A stretch of DNA of 64,000 nucleotides from Candidatus Niyogibacteria bacterium (lineage in GTDB: Bacteria > Patescibacteriota > Minisyncoccia > HO2-45-28), in NCBI GenBank assembly GCA_016432485.1, contig CP066691.1, positions 77,466 through 141,465 of the forward strand. Reading direction: 5' to 3'. Under the pieces are notes generated by a model. The model searched no databases. It saw nothing but the letters and a program-made list of their open reading frames with translations, and was not told where the DNA came from. Position 1 is the stretch's first letter, and each line of letters opens with the position of its first letter. Below are positions 1-9,031 of the stretch, in pieces. Position numbers and translations under genes: made by a program.

Positions 1-1164
1 CTTAATTTCGGGACGCTTGTCGGCCACGGCACTTTGAGGCGCGCTTCGGGTATGGACGTGTCGCGGGAAGCAAGTCCGAACGAACTTGAAAAAATGGCCT
101 ATTTGTTAAGCAGAGCTCTGCGGGAAGGAGCTTTAGGGATTTCAACCAGTTTGGGCCGCAGTTACGCTCTGGCCGCCGATGACAATGAAGTGGAAAGTCT
201 TTTATTTTTGATAAAAAAAGCGGGGAAGCTGGCAACGCACCATCTTGAAGATGAGGGAGGCGGCATTGTGGCGGCGGTTTCAAGAATTGTTTCTTTGAGC
301 CGCGCTTCCGGCGCAAGGAGCCACATTTCTCACTTTAAGGTTTTAGGCAAGAAATCCTGGCCGCAGCAAAAAAAAGCTTTAGAAATAATTGAGCGCGCGA
401 TAACCGGAGGAATGGAGATTACCGCGGATTTTTTTCCTTACACCGCGACCGGCTCCGATCTTTATCTTCTTTTACCGGAGTGGGCCATAATCGGGAAGCA
501 AAATGAAATACTTGGTCGTTTGTCCGATGCCGATATCAGAGAAAAAATTATAAACGCTTTAAAGCTCATGACTCTTCACTACGATAAAATAATCGCGGCT
601 TCAACTTTAAAAGACACTAATGTTGTCGGAAAAAGCCTGGAAGCCGCGGCTAAGGATGCCGGTTTAAGTCCGGAAGAAATGATTATTAATCTGCTTATAG
701 CCAATAATCTGCAGGTCAGTATTTTTAACGAAGTCATTTCGGAGGAAAATATGCTTGAACTGGCTTCCAAGGACTATACGGCTATATCTTCCGACGGTTT
801 TGGTCTTGGGGCGGGCCTCAAATCCCCGCAAAACAACCTTTCGCATCCAAGGTCGTTCGGCGCCTTCCCGCGGGCTTTGAGATGGCTTGTGAAGGAAAAG
901 GGGGTTTTGAGCTGGGAAGAGGCCATACGAAAGATGACCAGCTTGCCCGCGAAAATTTTGGGTATTGAAAAAAGAGGGCAGATTAAAGAGGACTTTTTCG
1001 CGGACATAGTACTTTTTGACCCCGAGACGATCACGGATGAAGCCGACTACAAAAATCCACATCGTTTTTCGAGGGGAGTGGAGCATCTTTTCATCAACGG
1101 ACAGGCCGTTTTATCCGGCGGAGAATTAACGGGAGAAAGACCGGGAAGAGTGATTATGAAATAA
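1..1164 (+). CDS. N-acyl-D-amino-acid deacylase / amidohydrolase (5' truncated by window)
   Basis: Frame is open from base 1 (LNFGTLVGHGTLR). Motifs HISHFK, SSDG, HPRSFGAFPR, KMTSLPA, ADIVLFDP, GERPG. Confidence 0.85.
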   Translation, partial: LNFGTLVGHGTLRRASGMDVSREASPNELEKMAYLLSRALREGALGISTSLGRSYALAADDNEVESLLFLIKKAGKLATHHLEDEGGGIVAAVSRIVSLSRASGARSHISHFKVLGKKSWPQQKKALEIIERAITGGMEITADFFPYTATGSDLYLLLPEWAIIGKQNEILGRLSDADIREKIINALKLMTLHYDKIIAASTLKDTNVVGKSLEAAAKDAGLSPEEMIINLLIANNLQVSIFNEVISEENMLELASKDYTAISSDGFGLGAGLKSPQNNLSHPRSFGAFPRALRWLVKEKGVLSWEEAIRKMTSLPAKILGIEKRGQIKEDFFADIVLFDPETITDEADYKNPHRFSRGVEHLFINGQAVLSGGELTGERPGRVIMK

Positions 1165-1171
1165 AGAAACC

Positions 1172-1201
1172 TTAAATCGGACAGGCATCTGTCCGATTTA
1201 A
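1172..1201. repeat. Perfect inverted repeat, 13-bp arms
   Basis: TTAAATCGGACAG-gcat-CTGTCCGATTTAA. Confidence 0.8.
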
Positions 1202-1207
1202 TAAAAT

Positions 1208-1304
1208 CCCTTAACCCCCTTACTCCCATTTTCTCCCCTTAATCCCTTTTATCCCCTTACCCCCATTTTACTTCCCATTTTCCCCCTTTAGTCCCCCTCA
1301 CCCC
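1208..1304 (-). repeat. Periodic C-tract array (11 G-tracts on minus strand)
   Basis: Runs of 3-5 C every ~9-10 bp, separated by A/T-rich spacers. Confidence 0.7.
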
Positions 1305-1325
1305 TTTTACCGCAGTTGTTAGAAC

Positions 1326-1386
1326 AACCCGCTCAAAACAACATTCTAACATTCTCAAGAATGTTGGAATGTTGTAGGGCGGGGTT
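1326..1386. repeat. Long imperfect hairpin
   Basis: AACCCGCTC..ACAACATTCTAACATTCT-ca-AGAATGTTGGAATGTTGT..GGGCGGGGTT. Confidence 0.7.
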
Positions 1387-1478
1387 TTAGGTTGAAATCA
1401 GGCCAAAAATGCGGGAAAGTAAGGGGAAGATGAGTAAGTCATTCACGATTTATCCAAGGGGGACATCCGGCCTCCCAG

Positions 1479-1514
1479 AAACCAAAATACCGCTTTCGGG
1501 CGGTATTTTGGTTT
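1479..1514. terminator. Bidirectional intrinsic terminator
   Basis: AAACCAAAATACCGC-tttcgg-GCGGTATTTTGGTTT. Confidence 0.65.
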
Positions 1515-1548
1515 ATAATCCCAAATCAGCAATATTTAATAAGCATAT

Positions 1549-1578
1549 TTGACTTGCACCATATTGATGCATTATGAT
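1549..1578 (+). promoter_or_regulatory. Sigma70 promoter with palindromic operator in spacer
   Basis: TTGACT-N18-TATGAT; spacer holds TGCAcCAtatTGaTGCA; ATG follows the -10 box after 6 nt. Confidence 0.55.
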
Positions 1579-1584
1579 TATAGC

Positions 1585-1893
1585 ATGTCATTAGAAGAAA
1601 TATCGGGATACAAGGCAATAAAGCGTCTCGCCGTGGAGCGACCAGATTGGCTTCCCATCGTTCGGGAGTGTCTCGCTTTTACGAAAGAATATAAAGCCGA
1701 TTTTGCAGGAGCTTGGATATACCAGCGCTTGCAAGAAAAAGGTGGGCCAAGATTTTCAAATCTCCGCCTACTCGTTAGTTTCGGTATCTTGAAAAAAGAG
1801 GGCACTTCCCGCGCCGGCCGCCGCGCCTATTATTCGTTTGTTGATCCAGTGGGCGTTGAAGAAGCATTAAAAGAACTTTCTCAAGAAATATGA
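1585..1893 (+). CDS. Small winged-helix-like putative DNA-binding protein
   Basis: LRLLVSFGILKKEG..GRRAYYSF resembles the wHTH recognition helix plus wing. ATG 1585 preferred over TTG 1549. Confidence 0.5.
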   Translation: MSLEEISGYKAIKRLAVERPDWLPIVRECLAFTKEYKADFAGAWIYQRLQEKGGPRFSNLRLLVSFGILKKEGTSRAGRRAYYSFVDPVGVEEALKELSQEI

Positions 1894-2369
1894 AAACCAT
1901 TTTTGGGATTATTTTTTTAATAACGATTGGGATGACTGGTTGGTGGTTTGGTTTTTTTGATTTTGTGCCCAAAATCGGCACCCCCTTTGGCGACTTTGTC
2001 AAAAATAAAAGCGGAGAACAAAGTGCCGTGGTAATAATCCCCACAGATCCAATTGATATAGCAGATATCATTGAGAGGATAGAAAACGGCAAGACGGATG
2101 AAGAAGTACAAGATTTGTTGGATATTTATAAAGACACTTTGGTAATGGGGGATGGCAAATATTCAAATAAATGGAGGTCTAATGAGAACGAGGGCCCCAA
2201 AATTGGGATAAAAGTTAACGGTAGAACAGTAAAATGTAATTTTAATCCAGATTGGCAAAAAAGAATTGAGCTGTCGCAATTGGGCGATACTATAAATTTT
2301 TTGGGAACATTCCGTTTTATTGAATCTTGGGGGCGATACTATGTAGAAGATTGTTCCTTAACCAAATAA
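1890..2369 (+). CDS. Membrane-anchored hypothetical protein, possibly OB-fold
   Basis: N-terminal hydrophobic helix; C-terminal VKCNF..L..GDTINFLG..DC pattern; ATGA coupling to upstream gene. Confidence 0.55.
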   Translation: MKTIFGIIFLITIGMTGWWFGFFDFVPKIGTPFGDFVKNKSGEQSAVVIIPTDPIDIADIIERIENGKTDEEVQDLLDIYKDTLVMGDGKYSNKWRSNENEGPKIGIKVNGRTVKCNFNPDWQKRIELSQLGDTINFLGTFRFIESWGRYYVEDCSLTK

Positions 2370-2377
2370 ATATTTTC

Positions 2378-4642
2378 ATGGAACTATCAGACAACGAAAA
2401 AAGAGATATCGTGAAATATTTGGAAGCGGGAAAACCGCTTCCGGAAAAGTATCGTTTTTTGCTTTTTGATGATGATAGAGAAGTTGAGTTACTTTGGAAT
2501 GGTAAGACAAATGAGGTAACGAATGTTGTCTTACCTTTTCAAGTTATTGAGCAAATAGACGAGCCGAGGAGCGACGCAAAATTTGGCAATCAAAATTCTC
2601 TTTTTGACACCTCGGGACGACAAATAACCGGATGGACGAATAAATTGATTTGGGGAGACAATAAATTGATTCTCTCATCTCTTAAAAATGGACCGCTTCG
2701 CAAAGAAATAGAAGCGCAGGGCGGTTTGAAATTGATTTATATTGACCCGCCGTTTGATGTTGGGGCGGACTTTTCTATGGATATAAAAATTGGTGATGGT
2801 GAGGATGAAGAAAGTTTTACAAAAAAACCGTCAGTGATAGAAGAAATTGCCTATCGCGACACTTGGGGCAAAGGTGCGGATAGTTTTATTGCGATGATTT
2901 ATGAGCGATTGAAACTCATGCACGATTTGCTTGCCGCAGACGGAAGTATTTATGTGCATTGTGACTGGAGAGTGAATAGCTATATGAGGTTAGTTTTAGA
3001 TGAGATTTTTGGTAAGGATAACTTTAGAAATGAAATTGTTTGGAAAAGAACATACTCAACAAAAGCACAGAGTGTTGGTTATGGTAAAACGCATGAGCTT
3101 ATTTTGTTTTACGCAAAAAGTGAGACTACTAAATTAAAGCAACTTTACCAAAAACCAGCTGATGATTATGTAGATAAATATTTTAATAAAACAGATGAGA
3201 ATGGCAAAAAGTACCAATCTTTGAGTTTGACTCAGCAAGGACAGGGTCCCGCTAGATTTTTTGGGGACAGACTAATTGAACCACCCAATGGGATGCATTG
3301 GATTTGGGGGCAAGACCGAATAACAAAAGCTTTTCAGGAAGGTAGAATAGTTTTTACAAAAAACAATTTTCCGAGACTTAAGAAATATCTTGAAGAATGG
3401 AATGAACAAGGTCGTCCGGTTGATGGACTTTGGGTTGATGATGAAGTTGGACCATTAAACTCCTGGCACGGGGAATCGCTGGATTACCCTACACAAAAAC
3501 CGGAGTCAATGCTTGGGCGTATAATTCAATCCTCTTCAAATGAAGGCGATCTTGTTGCTGATTTCTTCTGCGGTTCGGGGACAACGCTTGCGGTTGCTGA
3601 AAAACTCGGCAGAAAATGGATTGGCTCTGACTTGGGGAAATTTGGCATACATACATCACGAAAGAGAATGATTGGCGTACAGCGAGAATTGAAAAAGGAA
3701 AGCAAAAATTTCAGGGCTTTTGAAATCTTAAATGTTGGTAGATACGAAAGAGAAAATTTCCTCGCGACAAATAACGACTTGCGAGCGGAAGAGAAATCAA
3801 AACAAGCCGATAGAAAAGAAAAAGAATTTGTAAAACTCATTCTCTCTGCGTACAAAGCGGAGCCGGTGGAATCTTTTGTAAATGTTATCGGCAAGAAAAG
3901 AGATCGACTTGTGGCGGTGGGACCCATCGATACTCCGGTTTCCTCAAAACTGGTGCAGGACATTGTAAACGAGTGTATAGAAAAAGGAATAACTAAAATT
4001 GATGTGCTTGGTTTCGATTATGAAATGGGGCTTGATTTTTCCCAGTATAAAGATCAGGGCATTGATATTGCTTTCAGAATAATTCCGAGAGAAGTTTTTG
4101 ACAGAAAAGCGGTAGAAAAGGGTCAAGTGAAGTTTTATGATGTGGCGTTTATTGAAGCGAAGCCGATTATCAAAGGGAGGGGAAGCGAAAAAGAAATTTC
4201 TATCGAACTTACCGACTTTTCCGTTTTCTACAATCAAGATGATTCCGGTGAAATAGCCGAGGCGCTTCGGCCCGGTGGTTCTAAGGTTGTAGTGGAAGAT
4301 GGACAAGTGGTGAAAATCACTAAAGACAAGAAAACTGAAGAAATTTCAAAAGAAGTTTTGACTAAAAAATGGAGCGACTGGATTGATTATTGGGCGGTGG
4401 ATTTTGATTTTGCAAGCAGAAAAGAAATCATCAAAATAATTGAGGATGGTGAAGAAAAAGAAGTTTGGACTGGCGACTATATTTTCGACAACGAATGGCA
4501 GAGTTTCCGCACGAAAAAGAACAGAAATCTTGACCTCGTCACTCCTCCCAAGGTGGCTACAAAAGGCAAGCATAAAATAGCCGTAAAGGTCGTGGATATT
4601 TTCGGAAATGACACGACAAAGGTAATAGAAGTAAATATATGA
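2378..4642 (+). CDS. mod: Type III R-M DNA methyltransferase (Mod)
   Basis: YIDPPF (motif IV), YPTQKPE, DFFCGSGTT (motif I); beta-class order; upstream of a Res gene. Confidence 0.9.
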   Translation: MELSDNEKRDIVKYLEAGKPLPEKYRFLLFDDDREVELLWNGKTNEVTNVVLPFQVIEQIDEPRSDAKFGNQNSLFDTSGRQITGWTNKLIWGDNKLILSSLKNGPLRKEIEAQGGLKLIYIDPPFDVGADFSMDIKIGDGEDEESFTKKPSVIEEIAYRDTWGKGADSFIAMIYERLKLMHDLLAADGSIYVHCDWRVNSYMRLVLDEIFGKDNFRNEIVWKRTYSTKAQSVGYGKTHELILFYAKSETTKLKQLYQKPADDYVDKYFNKTDENGKKYQSLSLTQQGQGPARFFGDRLIEPPNGMHWIWGQDRITKAFQEGRIVFTKNNFPRLKKYLEEWNEQGRPVDGLWVDDEVGPLNSWHGESLDYPTQKPESMLGRIIQSSSNEGDLVADFFCGSGTTLAVAEKLGRKWIGSDLGKFGIHTSRKRMIGVQRELKKESKNFRAFEILNVGRYERENFLATNNDLRAEEKSKQADRKEKEFVKLILSAYKAEPVESFVNVIGKKRDRLVAVGPIDTPVSSKLVQDIVNECIEKGITKIDVLGFDYEMGLDFSQYKDQGIDIAFRIIPREVFDRKAVEKGQVKFYDVAFIEAKPIIKGRGSEKEISIELTDFSVFYNQDDSGEIAEALRPGGSKVVVEDGQVVKITKDKKTEEISKEVLTKKWSDWIDYWAVDFDFASRKEIIKIIEDGEEKEVWTGDYIFDNEWQSFRTKKNRNLDLVTPPKVATKGKHKIAVKVVDIFGNDTTKVIEVNI

Positions 4643-6288
4643 AGTTTATAAAAAAAATAGAGATTCATTCTTTTAGGTCATGTGAAAATATGCACATTGA
4701 AAATTGTGAAAATTTTAATGTTTTTTTGGGTCTCAACAATTCTGGCAAATCAAATATTCTACGTGCTTTAAATTTATTTTTTAACGGAGAAATTGAGCCG
4801 GGTTTCAAATTTCTTTTGGAAAGAGATGGTAATTTCCCTCCCAAGAAACGTAAAAAGAAAGAAGTTGAAATTAGTATTACTTTTGATACAAGAGAATTAA
4901 AAAAATTACCCCAGTTTAAAAAGGCTGTTGGAAACATTGTTGATGATTATGTAATTACAAAAGTATGGGGTTACCAAGGTTTTTCTGAGGGCCTAATTGT
5001 TGCTAAAGGAAAAGACCAGCTTGATAAGGCCCAAAACCTTCTAAAATTTATAAGATTTCGATATTTAGTTGCTCATCGAGACCCTGCAAAAATCATTATA
5101 GAATCAGAAAAGCGTATACGAAAGGAACTACTTAGAAGGTTTAATTCACGTATTAAAAAGTCGCAAATTTCTGGAGGACAAAATTCCATTACCGAGGTTT
5201 TAAAAATTCTCGAAGATGCTTCAAAGTCATTAATTGACCCAATCGCACTACCCGTTAAAAGCTTATCACCGGAAGTTAAAGACCTTATCCTTTTAACACC
5301 TAAAACATTTCAAGATCTAGTTATTTCCTTGGGATACGCCGTTCAATTAAAAAATGAAAAAATGATTTCCGAAGAATTACAGGGGTCAGGCTTCCAAAGC
5401 CATTTAATGTTTAGAGTTTTGTACTTTGCGGATACGGCGTATAGTTTAGATTTTGGTTGGAAAGGTATAACAATTTGGGCTATCGAAGAACCGGAATCTT
5501 TTCTCCATAAAAATTTAGAGATAGAATTAGGGAAATTTTTTAATGAAATTTCTGAAAAATTTCGTATACAAATTTTTTGCACGACACATAGTGATGTTTT
5601 CCCTCAATATGCAAAAATGTCTTATTTAGCAAAATTTGATGATCTAAAATACTCTCAACTACAATACGATGTATCAAAAAAAATTATTCATGAGTCCTCA
5701 AAATTGGGTATTTCTTCGTTTGTTCATACACTACATTTTCAACAGGGAGTGCCACTTGTTTTAGTAGAGGGTAAAACTGACAAGAAAGTTGTGAATAAAA
5801 CCTTAGAACTTTTAGGTGATGCTGAATTTTTCAGTATTTTTGATAATTTTGATTTGAATCTAGACTCTGGTGGTGTTTCTCAATTATTAAAATATTTACA
5901 AAACAACAAGTTAGTTATTGATAGTAGACAAAAACCCTTTTATATTATTTTAGATTGGAATGAAGAGAATAAAACAGTTAATCAATTTAAAAAGATTAGT
6001 AAAAATATTTTTCCATATAAGTTTGACGAGTCAAAATGTAATCCAAATCTTGACAATAGTTTTAGTGGTATAGAAAGATATTTAACAACAGACTTTATTA
6101 AGAATCCTGCAACAGAAAAGACATTTTCGTATCAAACTGATTCTGTAAATTCTTCTATTTTGTCAATGAAAAAGAGAGTATTGGACGATAATAAAGTTTT
6201 TTTAGCTGATTATTTTGTGAAAAATGCTAGTAAATTGGATTTAAAATTTTTAGAACCAGAAATTAAGAAAGCTTTACACTTAAGTTAA
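4639..6288 (+). CDS. OLD-family ABC-ATPase + TOPRIM nuclease
   Basis: Walker A GLNNSGKS, signature QGSG, Walker B/D-loop IEEPESFLH, H-loop CTTHS, TOPRIM LVEGKTD and ILDWNE. Confidence 0.8.
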   Translation: MKFIKKIEIHSFRSCENMHIENCENFNVFLGLNNSGKSNILRALNLFFNGEIEPGFKFLLERDGNFPPKKRKKKEVEISITFDTRELKKLPQFKKAVGNIVDDYVITKVWGYQGFSEGLIVAKGKDQLDKAQNLLKFIRFRYLVAHRDPAKIIIESEKRIRKELLRRFNSRIKKSQISGGQNSITEVLKILEDASKSLIDPIALPVKSLSPEVKDLILLTPKTFQDLVISLGYAVQLKNEKMISEELQGSGFQSHLMFRVLYFADTAYSLDFGWKGITIWAIEEPESFLHKNLEIELGKFFNEISEKFRIQIFCTTHSDVFPQYAKMSYLAKFDDLKYSQLQYDVSKKIIHESSKLGISSFVHTLHFQQGVPLVLVEGKTDKKVVNKTLELLGDAEFFSIFDNFDLNLDSGGVSQLLKYLQNNKLVIDSRQKPFYIILDWNEENKTVNQFKKISKNIFPYKFDESKCNPNLDNSFSGIERYLTTDFIKNPATEKTFSYQTDSVNSSILSMKKRVLDDNKVFLADYFVKNASKLDLKFLEPEIKKALHLS

Positions 6289-6295
6289 AAAGTTT

Positions 6296-8989
6296 ATGGC
6301 ACTACATAAAGACTTTCCAAAAAACCCATACGCGATACTTGACCCGAATATTCGGTGGTTTCCTGCTGACGAAGATTTGCGGGAAAAAGGAGCTATTCAA
6401 AAACTTTTACCTCCTCTTGTCGCGGGTTTGCGGGAAAAAGTAAAAGAATGGCGAGATAAAAATTACGAGGGGGCAAGTAATACTTCTAAATCACTTTTGA
6501 ACTGGTGGTTCAAGGAGGAACATATTTTATATGACCAACACGGAGTATCTTCTCATTTCAAATACTATTTCGCGCAAAGAGAAGCGCTGGAAACAGTCGT
6601 ATGGCTTTATGAGGTGGCGAAAGTAAAAGATAAATACGACCTCATTCGTTACAACTCTACCGGCGTATTAAGTCCGCAAATGTTTACTGAAGAGTGGCTT
6701 CGCTTTGTGATAAAAATGGCGACTGGTGCGGGTAAGACCAAAGTAATGAGTCTAGTTGTCGCATGGGCGTATTTTCATAAAAAGTATGAGGAAGGTTCAA
6801 ATTTGGCAAAGAACTTTCTTTTAATAACGCCGAATGTCATTGTTTTTGAAAGAATAAAGAATGATTTTGAAGGATTGAAGATATTTTTTAGCGATCCTGT
6901 TTTGCCGGATAACGGCTATCACGGACAAAACTGGCAGGATGATTTTCAGATGACTCTGCATTTACAGGATGATTTGCGCAATGTTTCTGACACTGGAAAT
7001 ATATTTTTGACTAACATCCACAGAGTTTTTGAGGGTGATGTGCGCGAAGCGAGTGCAGAAGATGAGGACACTTCTCGATACTTCTTAGGCGATAAACCAG
7101 TCACAAAAACAAGCGACTCTACTGTGGATTTGGGGATGATAGTAAGAGATATCGACGAGCTTATTGTAATCAATGATGAAGCTCACCATTTGCACGATGA
7201 TAAATCAGCTTGGGTTAAATCAATTACCGACATAGACAATCGGCTTAAACAGAAAGGCGCGGGGCTATCTTTACAGCTTGACTTTACGGCTACACCAAAA
7301 AAGAACGATGGCTCCATTTTTGTGCAAACAATTTCCGACTATCCGCTTGTTGAGGCAATTCACCAAAGAGTTGTTAAAAATCCGGTTGTGCCGGACGCGG
7401 CAAGCCGAGGAAAACTGAAAGAAAATCAAAACACACTATTTAGCGAGAGATACCGAGATTATATAAATCTTGGTATTGAAGAATGGAAAAAAACATACGA
7501 AGTATTAAAACCGATGGGTAAAAAATCCATTCTTTTTATTATGACAGACGATACAAGGAATTGTGATGAGGTGGCGGAGTATATTGAAACAAGTTTTAAA
7601 GAGTTGAAAGGGGCAGTTTTGACTATACACACAAACAAGAGCGGAGAAATTTCTGAAAGTGTGTCCGGTAAAAGTAAAGAGGAATTGGATGTGCTTCGCA
7701 AACAAGCGAATGAAATTGATAGTTGGGAAAGCCCGTTCAAAGTAATTATTTCCGTAATGATGTTGAAAGAGGGTTGGGATGTAAAAAATGTAACGACAAT
7801 CGTCGGGCTACGACCTTTCGCAGCCGATTCAAAAATTCTGCCCGAACAAACTCTCGGACGAGGACTCCGTAGGATGTTTTTTGGCAGAGATGATGTTGAG
7901 GAATATGTGAGTGTTGTCGGAACTCCCGCTTTTATGGACTTTGTTGAATCAATCAAGGGCGAGGGCGTTATTCTTGAAAAGAAAGCGATGGGAACGGGAG
8001 CCAAGCCGATAGCTCCGATGGTTATTGAGGTTGATAAGGATAATCCGAAAAAGGACATTGAGAAGCTTGATATTGAGATTCCGGTGATGTCCCCTAGAAT
8101 TCAGAGGGAGTATAAAAACCTAGCCGAGCTGGATGTTTCCAAATTTGGGAATAAAAAGGTCAAAGTAAAAACATTCTCCGAAGAAGAAAAACGAGAAATC
8201 GTGTTTAAGGATGTTGTTGATGAAAAAATCCATCACACAACGATACTTTCTGGCGACATTGAACCTGATTATCAAAGCGTTATCGGATTTTTTGCGCAGG
8301 CAATAATGCGAGAACTACGGCTTTTTGGTTGCTACGATATTTTATTCGGCAAGGTAAGAGAGTTTGTGCAAAATAATATGTTTGACAGTCCCGTGAATTT
8401 ATCAGACCTCAATACTCTGCGAAATTTATCCGAGGTGGAGTATATACGGCTTATAAAAGATTCTTTCAAGAAAGCCATTAACGATCTTACAGTCGAAGAC
8501 AAAGGAGACACAGAGATAAAGAACTACATCAAAATTAGCGAAGCACGTCCTTTTGTCGTTAATGATAAATCGTATTTAATACCCAAAAAGTCTGTTTTCA
8601 ATAAGATTGTTGGCGATAGCGATTTTGAGCTAGTATTTTCTGATTTTCTCGAAAATTGTGATGATGCGATTTCTTTCGCAAAGAATTTTCAAAATAAAGA
8701 AGCGAGCGCGCTTAGAATTGAGTATAAAAATTCGGAAGGATTTATTGCTACCTACTACCCCGATTTCTTTGTTAAGAAAGATGAAAAAACGGTTTATATT
8801 ATTGAAACGAAAGGACGAGAAGAAGATGACGACAAGCTAAAATTTGAAAGACTGCAAAAGTGGTGTGAGGATGTAAATGATCGACAAAATCGGGTCGTCT
8901 ATAAAGCACTTTATATCAAACAAGAAGAATGGAAAAAAGATAAATTCAAGAATTTTGATGAGGTTGTTAGGGTGTTTGATTTAAAATAA
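6296..8989 (+). CDS. res: Type III restriction endonuclease subunit (Res)
   Basis: MATGAGKT, DEAHH, TATP, EGWD, QTLGRGLR; C-terminal YYPDF..IETKG nuclease. Confidence 0.9.
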   Translation: MALHKDFPKNPYAILDPNIRWFPADEDLREKGAIQKLLPPLVAGLREKVKEWRDKNYEGASNTSKSLLNWWFKEEHILYDQHGVSSHFKYYFAQREALETVVWLYEVAKVKDKYDLIRYNSTGVLSPQMFTEEWLRFVIKMATGAGKTKVMSLVVAWAYFHKKYEEGSNLAKNFLLITPNVIVFERIKNDFEGLKIFFSDPVLPDNGYHGQNWQDDFQMTLHLQDDLRNVSDTGNIFLTNIHRVFEGDVREASAEDEDTSRYFLGDKPVTKTSDSTVDLGMIVRDIDELIVINDEAHHLHDDKSAWVKSITDIDNRLKQKGAGLSLQLDFTATPKKNDGSIFVQTISDYPLVEAIHQRVVKNPVVPDAASRGKLKENQNTLFSERYRDYINLGIEEWKKTYEVLKPMGKKSILFIMTDDTRNCDEVAEYIETSFKELKGAVLTIHTNKSGEISESVSGKSKEELDVLRKQANEIDSWESPFKVIISVMMLKEGWDVKNVTTIVGLRPFAADSKILPEQTLGRGLRRMFFGRDDVEEYVSVVGTPAFMDFVESIKGEGVILEKKAMGTGAKPIAPMVIEVDKDNPKKDIEKLDIEIPVMSPRIQREYKNLAELDVSKFGNKKVKVKTFSEEEKREIVFKDVVDEKIHHTTILSGDIEPDYQSVIGFFAQAIMRELRLFGCYDILFGKVREFVQNNMFDSPVNLSDLNTLRNLSEVEYIRLIKDSFKKAINDLTVEDKGDTEIKNYIKISEARPFVVNDKSYLIPKKSVFNKIVGDSDFELVFSDFLENCDDAISFAKNFQNKEASALRIEYKNSEGFIATYYPDFFVKKDEKTVYIIETKGREEDDDKLKFERLQKWCEDVNDRQNRVVYKALYIKQEEWKKDKFKNFDEVVRVFDLK

Positions 8990-9031
8990 TTTATGGAACC
9001 CTGGCCAACAAAAAATTAAAAAAATAAATTT

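Noticed and set aside
1208-1304. CRISPR array or small ORF
   Set aside because: Units are about 9-10 bp and degenerate with no unique spacers; no credible reading frame.
4639-6288. Gabija, retron or Septu assignment
   Set aside because: No UvrD helicase, reverse transcriptase/msr-msd or HNH partner is adjacent.
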